Assembly: GCA_964435035.1 (NCBI GenBank)
Contig: CAYSXR010000001.1
Span: 212,622 to 276,621 of the forward strand
Source of the DNA: an uncultured Gammaproteobacteria bacterium
Lineage (GTDB): Bacteria; Patescibacteriota; Patescibacteriia; Magasanikbacterales; UBA922
Length of the DNA stretch: 64,000 nt
Direction of reading: 5' to 3'
Below, one piece after another: positions 1 through 9,681 of the stretch (the first letter of the stretch is position 1; each line of letters begins with the position of its first letter). The notes under the pieces are model-generated. The model did not search any database. It was not told the origin of the DNA and saw only the letters and a program-made list of their open reading frames with translations. Both the position numbers and the translations under genes were made by a program.

Positions 1-1
1 A

Positions 2-367
2 GAGAGTTTCAGTGGACTCATATACACGATTGCACGCACATCTCTCATAGATTTTTTTAGAAGCCGTGCGAGACGAAAAGAATGCACCATTGAAGTCTTG
101 GAAGCGGTAGCTCATGATGGAAATATTGAAGAATCAACTACGCGCGAACAGGAAGTAGAAGTAGTATTGAAAAATTTAAAAATGATGAAACGTGAGTATC
201 AAGAAATTATTGTACTCAAATATATTGAGGAGTTATCGACCAGTGAAATCTCTCATATATTAGACAAGAGTGCTGTATCAATTCGGGTGACCCTTCATCG
301 AGCATTGAAAATTTTGAAAAAAATGATCGAAGAAAAAAAGCCCCTCTCTCGCGGAAAGAAAAAATAA
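2..367 (+). CDS. ECF-type RNA polymerase sigma-70 factor (5' truncated by window)
   Basis: Frame is open from position 2: ESFSGLIYTIARTSLIDFFR (region 2-like), then YQEIIVLKYIEELSTSEISHILDKSAVSIRVTLHRALKILK (region 4 HTH). Confidence 0.85.
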   Translation, partial: ESFSGLIYTIARTSLIDFFRSRARRKECTIEVLEAVAHDGNIEESTTREQEVEVVLKNLKMMKREYQEIIVLKYIEELSTSEISHILDKSAVSIRVTLHRALKILKKMIEEKKPLSRGKKK

Positions 368-1599
368 TGGTGGAAACGATAATTAAAACCGGGGTAGATA
401 TGAAAGAGCTTAAATCACAACTGAAAAGAATGAAAGACCTCGAAACTCGGATCAATCCAGATCGCGAGTGGATTTTGCGTAATCGTACACGGATGATGAC
501 TCAGATCGGGCACACCTCGCTTCAGTCAGTTGCTCATCGTGTGGAGGGAACAAAAGTGGCACACACGGTAAGTACCTGGACCAAAATTTTTGTACCTCAA
601 ACATTAGTTCGTTCTCTGAAACCTATTACCTCAGTTGCGTTTGCACTGATGATTACAACGGTCGGGTGGATCGCGAGTGCGTATGCAGAACCAGGGGATG
701 TATTGTGGGGAGCAAAAAGTGCGTTTAATTCGGTAGTTGAAAATAGTCGCTTAGCCCTTGCTCCAGAATCAGAACAAGCTTCACTCAAACTTTCGTATGC
801 TTCAAAACAGGCTCATGTACTAAAACAGGTGGTTGAAACTACCAATGTAGAAGGTGAAGAAAAAACAAAATTAGTAGAAAAGACAGCTGATAGTTTGCAG
901 AAAAAACTTGATTCTGCTCAAGAGAGTATTAAAACAGTCGCCCTCACTGACTCAGAAGATTTGGTAAAAAAAGTATCGCTTTCAACACAAGATATTTCGC
1001 AGACACTGAAAGAGACGTTGGAGAATGCAGAGGTTGGTGGAATTTCCGAAAAAATTGAGAAAACTGCAGCTGAGACTACCAAACAAAGTCTGGAAATGGT
1101 AGGGGATGCATTTCAGAAAAAGGCTGACGCAAATATCGAAATTTCCAGTGAAGAAAAAGAAATTGTAAAAGATCATATTGATGCTGCCGTAGAATCTATC
1201 ATCGCTGAAGTTTCCAAAGCTCAGAATAAATTAAATGAACAATCAGCCTCAAGTACACTATTACTAACTACCTCAACACTTGCGACAAATCTATTAACCT
1301 CATCGAGTCCTCTTACTCTCACCACTTCTACAGGATCGACCAGTATCATGGACGCACTTACAACAGTGAAAACGATTGATGAACAGAAGAAGACGGTTGA
1401 TTCGCTCAAAGAAACCAATCTGGTCGAAGCCTTGAACACAACCAAAGCGTTGGCAGAGCGAGTGACAACAGTGATTGAACAAATAACGACACAGAGTGGA
1501 AGTACTACGGTGAATACTCCAGTCACCACTCCAACTTCAACAATAGTTCCTACCACAAGCACTGTTACTACAATCAAGACCGTAAGTTCTACTCAATAA
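367..1599 (+). CDS. Single-pass membrane protein, DUF5667-like (putative anti-sigma/surface protein) with S/T/P-rich tail
   Basis: Start overlaps sigma stop (TAATG). One TM segment followed by AEPGDVLWGAK..E motif, a helical region and a Thr/Ser-rich C-terminus. Alternative start at 400. Confidence 0.6.
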   Translation: MVETIIKTGVDMKELKSQLKRMKDLETRINPDREWILRNRTRMMTQIGHTSLQSVAHRVEGTKVAHTVSTWTKIFVPQTLVRSLKPITSVAFALMITTVGWIASAYAEPGDVLWGAKSAFNSVVENSRLALAPESEQASLKLSYASKQAHVLKQVVETTNVEGEEKTKLVEKTADSLQKKLDSAQESIKTVALTDSEDLVKKVSLSTQDISQTLKETLENAEVGGISEKIEKTAAETTKQSLEMVGDAFQKKADANIEISSEEKEIVKDHIDAAVESIIAEVSKAQNKLNEQSASSTLLLTTSTLATNLLTSSSPLTLTTSTGSTSIMDALTTVKTIDEQKKTVDSLKETNLVEALNTTKALAERVTTVIEQITTQSGSTTVNTPVTTPTSTIVPTTSTVTTIKTVSSTQ

Positions 1600-1976
1600 T
1601 ATTTGGGACAAAGTGGAAGGGAGGGTATACTAATTTCTCTACCACTTTGCCTCGAATATACAAAAGTAGAAGCAAAGTACGCACGTTTCTTTACACTGTA
1701 ATGTTCCGCCGTAGTCTCTAGAACAGTATGGCAATTATGGAGGCTGAGAACATATGCTCTCGGCTCTATGATTGCCATACAGTGCCATGGATGAAAATCT
1801 GTGGTTTAGGGGCAAAAAAACGCTCGGGTTTGGCCCTCGAGCTTGTCGCACCACTCATAGAAAAGTCGATCCTGACTCAGTTGGGAATGTAGTGGATTAA
1901 TTAAAAAAATGCCTATCGCAGTGACAGAAGCTTTAGCTTCTCGCGCACAGTTATAGGTAAAAGGTTAAAAATAGTT
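1600..1976 (+). other. Highly structured intergenic region / putative 5' leader RNA of the S-layer-like gene
   Basis: Long stems at 1600-1658 and 1726-1780 (GTATGGCAAT...ATTGCCATAC), shorter ones at 1822-1842 and ~1911-1958. Mismatches are mostly G-U compatible on the + strand. Confidence 0.5.
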
Positions 1977-4900
1977 ATGAATGATGTAATTAAATTCGGC
2001 AAGAAGCTCTTTTCAGCTTCTGTAGTTGGAGTAACAATCGCTTGGAGCATGGGCCTTGCAGCCTTCGTTCCAGTAGCTGCTCAAGCTGCAACCTGTCCAG
2101 AACTCGAAGCCGGAGATTTGTTTAAAGCGACCGGTGCCTCAGCTGTATATTATCTTACCGCTGGCATGGAACGCGCATACTTCCCACATGTGGACGTATT
2201 CAACAGTTGGAACCTTAGTTTCAACGATGTAGTAACCGTATCTGGTGAATGTCTTTTTGCTTATCCAGCAGCAACCGTAGCCGGTATCAACTACCGACCT
2301 GGTTCACGATTGGTGAAGCTCTCAGATGCATCACCTGTATTCGCTGTTACCCCTGGTAACAAGCTCGTACAAGTTACGGGAGAATCAGCTGCAGCTCTCT
2401 ATGGAACAAACTGGACATCAGTTTTACGTGATGTTAGTCCATTCCACTGGGCAAGTTACACTGACACTCGAACCACCTGGAGCGAATCAAAGCCTCATGA
2501 TGGTCAGTTTGTAAAGAAGACTGGCGAAACAACTGTATACTTTGTAAAAGAAGGCAAACTCCATCAGGTTGATGGATCAAGTGTGCCTGACGTTCGCACA
2601 GTATCAGCTGCAACATTTGCAGCTCTTCCAATGGGAACGGGTTCAGTAACCGTAAGTTCTGCATACGCTAACCCAACTCAGGTTGATGGTAGCGCACCAG
2701 CGCCTACGACTGGAGCTCTCACGGTAAGTGTGGCTTCAAATACTTCAGCTTCAAAAGTTGTTCCAGGTGGAGCACAAGGAGTTGAGTATCTTGCTTTCAC
2801 CGTTCGAGCTGGCTCTTCAGCTGGTACCCTTGAACAGGTTACCTTGAAGCGCGCTGGAATCGGAAGTCGAAATGACTTTAGCAAAGTATACCTCTATCAC
2901 AATGGTATTCGCCTTGACAACGGTCGTTCACTTAGTACTGATGATGAAGTTACCTTCAATGTTAACAAATCTATTGCAGCAAACTCAACTGAAACATTTT
3001 GGGTAAAGGCTGACATGGACACATTGGTTGGTGATAGCACAGATGCAACTTCTGGAGATCAGAACTACTTTGAAATCAGAACTGCGTCTGATGTGAAAGC
3101 TACTGGTTCAGTAGGTGGATCATTCCCAGTTCGTGGTAATTCAATTTCGATTGGTGCACAAGATATTAGTACCATTACATTGCTTGGACAGGGTACTGGT
3201 TCTACTGCAAAAATCGGTGAAAATGGTGTAGTAGTAAGTGAATTTGATGCTACTGCTGCATCTACCGATGATGTAGAATTAACTTCTATCACTTTGAAGC
3301 AAAGAGGAACCGCTCCTGCAACTGTTCTCACTAATGTGAAATTGATGCAGGGTGGAACCACTGTTGCTATGGGTGTAGTAAGTGGAGACTGGGTAAAATT
3401 TGATTTCACCCAGAAAGTTACGATCGAAGCTGGCGACACCAAGAGATTCAAGGTGTATGCTGACCTCGGAATTGCTGACACTTCAGACACTATCGAACTC
3501 GTACTTGACGAGGCAGCTGATGTGATGGCATACAGTACTGATTTCCCAGGAAGTCTTGCTGGAGTAACTAATACGTACACCACCACACAGTCACTCTCAG
3601 TGACAATTGAAGGTGGAAAGATCAATGTTGATCTTGAAGGAACCAATGAAGATGTACGTGTAGACCAGAACGATGTGGTATTCGGTACATTCTCTGTTCT
3701 TGCAACTGCTGAAGATATTGACGTAGACGAAATGAAATTCGTTGTTATGCGTTCAAACTCAGCTGTATGTCTTGAAGATCTCCGCTTGCGCGACAAGAAC
3801 GGCAAAGGAAGTTACTCTCTTGACTACGATGCAACGTGTTCTACAGGAACTGATAATGCTACTACCACTGCAGAAAACATGATTCTTACCAAGGGAGTTA
3901 CCTATGAATTCGAAATCGTGGGTGATATTGCAAGTACTGCGGTAGATGCAGATGCATATTACGTTACATGGGCAGCTGCTAATGTAACTGCAGATGGTGT
4001 TTCTTCTGACAACACGGTTTCAGCAAATGACTTCTCATCAGCGTCCCTCACCGGTCCTACGATGACAGTTAGCCCTTCAAAACTCACTATTCGTCAGAGT
4101 GCTCTCAGTAACGAGACTGTAGTAAACGGAACCAAGAGTGTTCTTGTATACCGTGGTACTCTCGAAGCTGGAGCAACTTCTGATGTTACGGTGACTTCTC
4201 TTACTGTTGCTGCTACCTCTACCGCTCAAACTTGGGATGGTGTAGTTGATGGTTTGAAACTCTTCATCGACGGTGTACAGGTGTCAAATGACAATACTGT
4301 AACCAGCGAAGAAGCTCTCTTCACCAGCTTCAGTAAAGTTGTAAAAGCAGGATCATCAAACAAAGTAACCTTCGAAGTGTATGCTGACTTGACCGACGGC
4401 TCTACTGTCGAGATGGTACAGCTACAAGTAGAAGATGCTGACGCTACTGACGAGGATGACGACACTGTCACTGCAGTTAGCGCAACTAACGCTACTGTTT
4501 CTGATTCAAACCCAGTTGTAGGAAGTCGTATCCTTACCATTTCTGGTACTGGTACTCTTACTGCAGTATTGGATTCAAACTACACAGGTCTTCGCAATGA
4601 CTTCTACGCAATTGCAGGCACACAGAAACAGCTTGCAGGACGCGTACAGCTCAAAGCACTCTACGAAGATGTAGAGCTTGAGGATCTTGTAGTAACCGTA
4701 AGTTCATCATGGTCAAACACTTCAACTGTTGAAGCGACCTTTGACACATTGAACGTCTATTCAGACGCGGCAATGACTGACCTTCTCGGTACTGCTGACG
4801 TAACTCGTGGAACCGTGACTATCGAAAATGTAAACTTCGTTGTACCTGCTGACACTACCAAGTATCTTTATCTTGGTCTCAACCTCAACAGTGTTGGAAC

Positions 4901-5603
4901 TGGTGACAATGGAACCGCTACACCAAGTACTTCGATCTTCTTGGCCCTCTTGGATGCTGGAACTACAGCTCAGGGTGTATCATCAAATGATGATGTTGAC
5001 CCAACTGTAACTGAAACCGTTGGTAACGATATTATCGTTGCTGGTTCGACTGTATCGAATCTTGCTACCAGTTTTGCAGGTGGAAACCTTGCAGGTGGTG
5101 AACAAGTATTCTTTACCTTCGCAGTTACTGCTAACTCTGGTGTAAACACTGACAACAGTGGAGATGCCCTTGATCTTTACTTGACTCAGTTGAAACTATC
5201 ACTCTCAAGTGATGTAACGAGTGTTACAAGCACAAAACTTTGTCGTGTAAGTACTGGTAACTGTGTAAACATTTATCAGACCACTCCTATCACTTCAAGT
5301 ACAAACAACACAACCTTCTACACTCCAGGTGAATCAGGATACGTTGACGTAACTGAATTTACCAACAGTGATGATGAACGTGTTGACAATGGACAGACTG
5401 CACTCTATGAGCTCCGTGGTACATTCTCAGGAGTTACAGATAAGTATGCACAAGGAAGTATCCAGGACGTTAACGCTGGTGGTATCGTATGGGGCTATGA
5501 CCTCGGCGATGACGGCGTTCTCGACTATGTACATGCAAACTTGTTGCAATTGGAACCTCGATCATCTGGATACCCAGATATCACAGGTGCAGCATTGAAC
5601 TAA
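1977..5603 (+). CDS. Large secreted S-layer-like surface protein (1208 aa)
   Basis: Signal peptide (KKLFSASVVGVTIAWSMGLAAFVPVAAQA), N-terminal GDLFK..VYYL type repeats, repeated beta-rich acidic T/S/V/D domains, strongly biased codons and a strong terminator. Confidence 0.7.
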   Translation: MNDVIKFGKKLFSASVVGVTIAWSMGLAAFVPVAAQAATCPELEAGDLFKATGASAVYYLTAGMERAYFPHVDVFNSWNLSFNDVVTVSGECLFAYPAATVAGINYRPGSRLVKLSDASPVFAVTPGNKLVQVTGESAAALYGTNWTSVLRDVSPFHWASYTDTRTTWSESKPHDGQFVKKTGETTVYFVKEGKLHQVDGSSVPDVRTVSAATFAALPMGTGSVTVSSAYANPTQVDGSAPAPTTGALTVSVASNTSASKVVPGGAQGVEYLAFTVRAGSSAGTLEQVTLKRAGIGSRNDFSKVYLYHNGIRLDNGRSLSTDDEVTFNVNKSIAANSTETFWVKADMDTLVGDSTDATSGDQNYFEIRTASDVKATGSVGGSFPVRGNSISIGAQDISTITLLGQGTGSTAKIGENGVVVSEFDATAASTDDVELTSITLKQRGTAPATVLTNVKLMQGGTTVAMGVVSGDWVKFDFTQKVTIEAGDTKRFKVYADLGIADTSDTIELVLDEAADVMAYSTDFPGSLAGVTNTYTTTQSLSVTIEGGKINVDLEGTNEDVRVDQNDVVFGTFSVLATAEDIDVDEMKFVVMRSNSAVCLEDLRLRDKNGKGSYSLDYDATCSTGTDNATTTAENMILTKGVTYEFEIVGDIASTAVDADAYYVTWAAANVTADGVSSDNTVSANDFSSASLTGPTMTVSPSKLTIRQSALSNETVVNGTKSVLVYRGTLEAGATSDVTVTSLTVAATSTAQTWDGVVDGLKLFIDGVQVSNDNTVTSEEALFTSFSKVVKAGSSNKVTFEVYADLTDGSTVEMVQLQVEDADATDEDDDTVTAVSATNATVSDSNPVVGSRILTISGTGTLTAVLDSNYTGLRNDFYAIAGTQKQLAGRVQLKALYEDVELEDLVVTVSSSWSNTSTVEATFDTLNVYSDAAMTDLLGTADVTRGTVTIENVNFVVPADTTKYLYLGLNLNSVGTGDNGTATPSTSIFLALLDAGTTAQGVSSNDDVDPTVTETVGNDIIVAGSTVSNLATSFAGGNLAGGEQVFFTFAVTANSGVNTDNSGDALDLYLTQLKLSLSSDVTSVTSTKLCRVSTGNCVNIYQTTPITSSTNNTTFYTPGESGYVDVTEFTNSDDERVDNGQTALYELRGTFSGVTDKYAQGSIQDVNAGGIVWGYDLGDDGVLDYVHANLLQLEPRSSGYPDITGAALN

Positions 5604-5640
5604 CCTTAGTTCAATCGATCCATATTCTGTAGTAATACAG

Positions 5641-5681
5641 AAAAAACACCCCGCCCTTCGAGAAGGGCGGGGTTGTTTTTT
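5641..5681 (+). terminator. Intrinsic terminator (possibly bidirectional)
   Basis: A6, stem ACCCCGCCCTT-CGAG-AAGGGCGGGGT, then TGTTTTTT. Confidence 0.9.
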
Positions 5682-5718
5682 GTCCAGTCCAGGTGTGTAG
5701 AAGACTTGCTTGTATAGG

Positions 5719-5747
5719 TTGCATATTACGATTGTTTAGGCTATGAT
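5719..5747 (+). promoter_or_regulatory. Putative sigma70 promoter of the glycan operon
   Basis: TTGCAT-17 nt-TATGAT upstream of ATG 5784. Confidence 0.55.
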
Positions 5748-5783
5748 ACGTTTACTTTTTCTATAATTTTATTAGGTTCTTAT

Positions 5784-7880
5784 ATGGTTACGAAAATCAG
5801 AAAGTTAGTCCCATATCTTGTTGCAGCAACTTTTGTAGTACCCCTGATTCTCCTCAATAACTATATTTTCCCTTTTATTGTTCCTAAGATAGTTTTTTTT
5901 AGATCGCTAGTGCTCGTCATTGCGGGTTGTTATGCACTTTTGTTGGTTTCAAATTTTTCAAAATATCGACCACGTCTTTCATTTCTCACCATAAGTATTC
6001 TATTATTCTGGCTGAGTTTTGCGATCTCTACGTTTACAGGCGTCGATTGGTATCGTAGTTTTTGGGATAATCATGAGCGAATGCTTGGGTTGTTCACCAT
6101 TACTCACTACACCATATTATATCTCGTTGCGTCTTCGGTTCTTGAATCAGATCGTGAGTGGAATACGGTGTTTCGCTCAGCGCTTATTCTTGGATCTCTC
6201 GTGATGCTTATCGGCGTATGGCAGAAGTTTGTGAATCCACAGGCCCTTCTCAATAACGGTTCATGGCGTGTATCTGCAACATTAGGTAATTCTATTTATT
6301 ATAGTGGATACGGACTCTTTTTGATGTTTTTGGGTGGGCTACAATTTTTCAGGGAACAGAGTAAGAATTGGAAATATATTGCTCTCAGTGTAGGGTTGTT
6401 AGGTTTTTTGGGTATATTTTTTGGAGGAACGAGAGGTACAATTCTTGGAATGCTTGCGGGTTTTGTTACACTGGCGTTTTGTTATATTGTATTAGAGAAA
6501 GAAAAAAGTAAAACACGAAGCATAATTACATACCTTGCAGCGGCAGGAGTCGTCGTTTTTGCTCTATTGTTCATGTTTAGGCAAACGGCATTTGTCTCAG
6601 AAATTCCTGGGTTGGGACGACTTCTAAACACGTCATTTTCACTCAATTCGACTGAGAGTACTCGTCCAATGGCGTGGAGCACTGCGGTTGATGCATGGAA
6701 GGAAAAACCATTATTTGGGTGGGGACCTAATAATTTCTATTATGCGTTCAACGAGCACTACAACCCTCAATTTTTGAAATTTGGGTGGAATGAAACCTGG
6801 TTTGATAACGCACATAGTGTTATTTTTAACACGCTCACGGTCCAGGGAATTGTAGGTATTGCGACGTATCTACTCATCTATATCGCTGCCTGTACGCTTA
6901 TTTTAGTAGGTGTGCGAAGGGGTATAATCAGGAGTCAGGTGGGATATATTTCTGCATCATTTTTAGTGGCACATTTTGTAGGATTGGTGACGGTATTTGA
7001 AAATCCAACGTCCTATCTGTACTTTTTTGTCTTTGTAGCTTTTGTAGCTTTTTCTACCCGCGGTGTCGCATTGCGTAAAAAAAAGGATGTTGAAGAAAAA
7101 GAAGAAGCTGTAGTAGTGAAAAAAAATAGTATCACCGAACATGGTGCGAAAGTTTCCGCAGGTCTCGTGGTGACCGTCGGTGTCGTAGTTTTTTTGTTGG
7201 TGTATATTACTGATATTGCTCCTGCGCGAGCAAACAAGGCAACTATTGCAGCCATTCAAAAAATTTATGCAGGAACTGCAGATGAGAAGTTGTATGATGA
7301 TGCGTTGGAGTTTTCAAGTCCTCACATCGATGATATTAGAAATGATATTTCGCGTACAGTATTAGGTGTGTTGCCACAGTTGGTACAGCAGGGGAAGGGT
7401 GAACAGGCACTCATATTGTTTAATGAAACTGTTGAAGAATTGAAGAAGAATCAATTGCTCCATCCACTTGATGTACGTGTGTATTTTGTACTTTCACAAC
7501 TGTATGAATTTGGCTATCAAGCTACACAGAATACAGAGTTTTTGGCTCAAAGTGAGAATTCTCTTCGTCAGGCTGTGTATTTTTCTCCCAAGCGGCAGCA
7601 ATTCCTCTATGCTCTTTCTCAAAATTTGATCCAACAGGGTAAATTGTCTGAAGCAGAGGATATATTGAAAAGATCAATTAACGATTTTGAAAATATCGGT
7701 GAAGGATGGGTACGACTTGCCCTGATTTATGCGGCACAAAATAAAACAACAGAAGCAAGAGAAACTGCAGAAAAAGTGTTAGAATGGTTTGATAATCCAA
7801 CTTCTTCAGTTTATCAATTGAACCTCGACTGGAAACCAGTATTGGAGCAAATAAGAGGGGTAACGTCGACGAGTAACTAA
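5784..7880 (+). CDS. O-antigen ligase / O-oligosaccharyltransferase-like (Wzy_C) membrane protein with C-terminal TPR region
   Basis: About 12 TM segments, motifs ATLGN, TRG, R...W......EKPLFGWG..NF and DNAHS, followed by helical TPR-like repeats. Confidence 0.85.
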   Translation: MVTKIRKLVPYLVAATFVVPLILLNNYIFPFIVPKIVFFRSLVLVIAGCYALLLVSNFSKYRPRLSFLTISILLFWLSFAISTFTGVDWYRSFWDNHERMLGLFTITHYTILYLVASSVLESDREWNTVFRSALILGSLVMLIGVWQKFVNPQALLNNGSWRVSATLGNSIYYSGYGLFLMFLGGLQFFREQSKNWKYIALSVGLLGFLGIFFGGTRGTILGMLAGFVTLAFCYIVLEKEKSKTRSIITYLAAAGVVVFALLFMFRQTAFVSEIPGLGRLLNTSFSLNSTESTRPMAWSTAVDAWKEKPLFGWGPNNFYYAFNEHYNPQFLKFGWNETWFDNAHSVIFNTLTVQGIVGIATYLLIYIAACTLILVGVRRGIIRSQVGYISASFLVAHFVGLVTVFENPTSYLYFFVFVAFVAFSTRGVALRKKKDVEEKEEAVVVKKNSITEHGAKVSAGLVVTVGVVVFLLVYITDIAPARANKATIAAIQKIYAGTADEKLYDDALEFSSPHIDDIRNDISRTVLGVLPQLVQQGKGEQALILFNETVEELKKNQLLHPLDVRVYFVLSQLYEFGYQATQNTEFLAQSENSLRQAVYFSPKRQQFLYALSQNLIQQGKLSEAEDILKRSINDFENIGEGWVRLALIYAAQNKTTEARETAEKVLEWFDNPTSSVYQLNLDWKPVLEQIRGVTSTSN

Positions 7881-7902
7881 TTATATTTTAAACTGTAGTG
7901 TT

Positions 7903-8691
7903 ATGAAAACAGTAATTTTATGTGGCGGAACAGGAACGCGCATGAAAGAAGAAACAGAGTTCAAGCCTAAGCCGCTTGTGTTGGTTGGGGGTAAGCCGAT
8001 TTTGTGGCATATCATGAAAATTTATGCACATTATGGCTATAATGAATTCATTCTTGCATTGGGGTACAAGGGTGATATGATCAAACAGCACTTTCTCAAT
8101 TGGAGAACGTTACTCAATGATTTTACGCTTGATACCAAAAATCATGAATTCACCTTCCATAATAATGAATGTGATGACTTTAAAATTACCTTTGCAGAAA
8201 CTGGTCCAGATAGTTTGACTGGTGAGCGTGTACGGAGAATTAGAAAATATATCGGAGATGATCCAGAGTTCATGGTAACGTATGGTGATGGTGTTGCTGA
8301 TATTAATATTGCCGAACTCCTTGATTTCCACAAAAAACAAAACACGCCCGTAACAATTACTGGTGTTCGTCCTACGCATCGATTTGGACTCCTTGATATC
8401 GATCACACGTCAGAAAAAATTAAGGGTTTTTATCAGAAACACGTGACCAACGACACTGATAAAATTTCGAGTGATTATATTAATGGAGGATTTATGGTCT
8501 TGAACTCAAATGTCTTTGATCAGATTGAAGAAAATTCAATGATTGAGTCAATTTTTGAACCACTAGCTCGTAAAGATCAATTGTCAGTGTATAGACATAA
8601 GGGAATGTGGAAATGCATGGATACCTATAAAGAAGTTGAAGAATTAAATAAACAGTGGCACGCCGATCCTTTTTGGAAAGTGTGGGCATAA
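7903..8691 (+). CDS. rfbF: Glucose-1-phosphate cytidylyltransferase
   Basis: ILCGGTGTRMKEETEFKPKPLV, ALGYKG, TYGDGVAD, INGGF, WKCMDT. Confidence 0.9.
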   Translation: MKTVILCGGTGTRMKEETEFKPKPLVLVGGKPILWHIMKIYAHYGYNEFILALGYKGDMIKQHFLNWRTLLNDFTLDTKNHEFTFHNNECDDFKITFAETGPDSLTGERVRRIRKYIGDDPEFMVTYGDGVADINIAELLDFHKKQNTPVTITGVRPTHRFGLLDIDHTSEKIKGFYQKHVTNDTDKISSDYINGGFMVLNSNVFDQIEENSMIESIFEPLARKDQLSVYRHKGMWKCMDTYKEVEELNKQWHADPFWKVWA

Positions 8692-8706
8692 GTAGGTCTT
8701 AAAACT

Positions 8707-9681
8707 ATGAGTAGTTTGATACATCAAAATATACTAGTAACAGGGGGTGAGGGATTAGTTGGTTCGCATCTGGTAGAGGCTCTACTTCTAAAAAAACCAG
8801 GGAAATTAGTAGTGCTTTCTCGTGATCGGGACCCCCAATCATATTTTGCAGGATCTGGGCTTGAAAACAAAGTTATATGTGCATATGGTGATCTGAAAGA
8901 TAAGGAGCGGATATGTGATATCGTGACTGCGTATGAAATTAATTATATTTTTCATATTGGTGCGCAAGCTATTGTGCATACGGCATTTGTAAATCCATAT
9001 GAAACGCTGGCAAGTAATATTATGGGTACAATTCATGTGCTTGAAGCTGCTCGCCTATCTCCACAGGTAAAAGGTGTCGTGGTCGCATCAAGTGATAAAG
9101 CGTATGGAAAAGACTGTGTAGATGCAGTAGAAGATCATGAATTACGAGGTGATCATCCATACGATGTATCAAAATCATGCACCGATTTGATTGCACAGAC
9201 ATATGCCTCGACTTATGGAGTACCTGTCACGATTAGTAGGTGTGGAAATATTTTTGGTCCAGGAGATTTGCATTTCAATCGGATTATTCCCGGATCCATG
9301 AAGGCGTTCATTGAGAATGAAACGTTGGAGATACGCAGTAATGGTGAATTTGTGAGAGATTATGTATATGTCAAAGATGTGGTTGCAGGGTATGTACTTT
9401 TAGCTGAACAGATTGAACGCACCAAAGGCGAAGCATTTAATTTTAGTACGGGGTATAATTACAGTGTGATTAATCTGATAAAAAAAATATCAGAAGTTCT
9501 CGGATCTGAAATCAAATATACAATTGTAAATAATCAAAAAAATGAAATTCCAGAGCAGAGTCTGAATTATGAAAAAGCAGTACAGGTATTAGGCTGGAAA
9601 TCCACGGTCTCTCTTGAACAATCACTACAGGAAACCTATAAGTGGTATTGTTCATATTTTAAAAAATATGAATCCCGCTGA
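8707..9681 (+). CDS. rfbG: CDP-glucose 4,6-dehydratase-like SDR
   Basis: TGGEGLVG, SSDKAY, PYDVSK, RCGNIFGPGD..FNRIIP; directly follows rfbF. Confidence 0.75.
   Translation: MSSLIHQNILVTGGEGLVGSHLVEALLLKKPGKLVVLSRDRDPQSYFAGSGLENKVICAYGDLKDKERICDIVTAYEINYIFHIGAQAIVHTAFVNPYETLASNIMGTIHVLEAARLSPQVKGVVVASSDKAYGKDCVDAVEDHELRGDHPYDVSKSCTDLIAQTYASTYGVPVTISRCGNIFGPGDLHFNRIIPGSMKAFIENETLEIRSNGEFVRDYVYVKDVVAGYVLLAEQIERTKGEAFNFSTGYNYSVINLIKKISEVLGSEIKYTIVNNQKNEIPEQSLNYEKAVQVLGWKSTVSLEQSLQETYKWYCSYFKKYESR

Noticed and set aside
3065-3805. 246-aa minus-strand ORF (and similar antisense ORFs at 1221-1577 and 4226-4540)
   Set aside because: Antisense shadows of strongly codon-biased genes; no motifs.
1977-5603. 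About 15 N-X-S/T sequons suggesting N-glycosylation
   Set aside because: Plausibly expected from the high Asn/Ser/Thr content; no PglB/AglB-like gene in the window.
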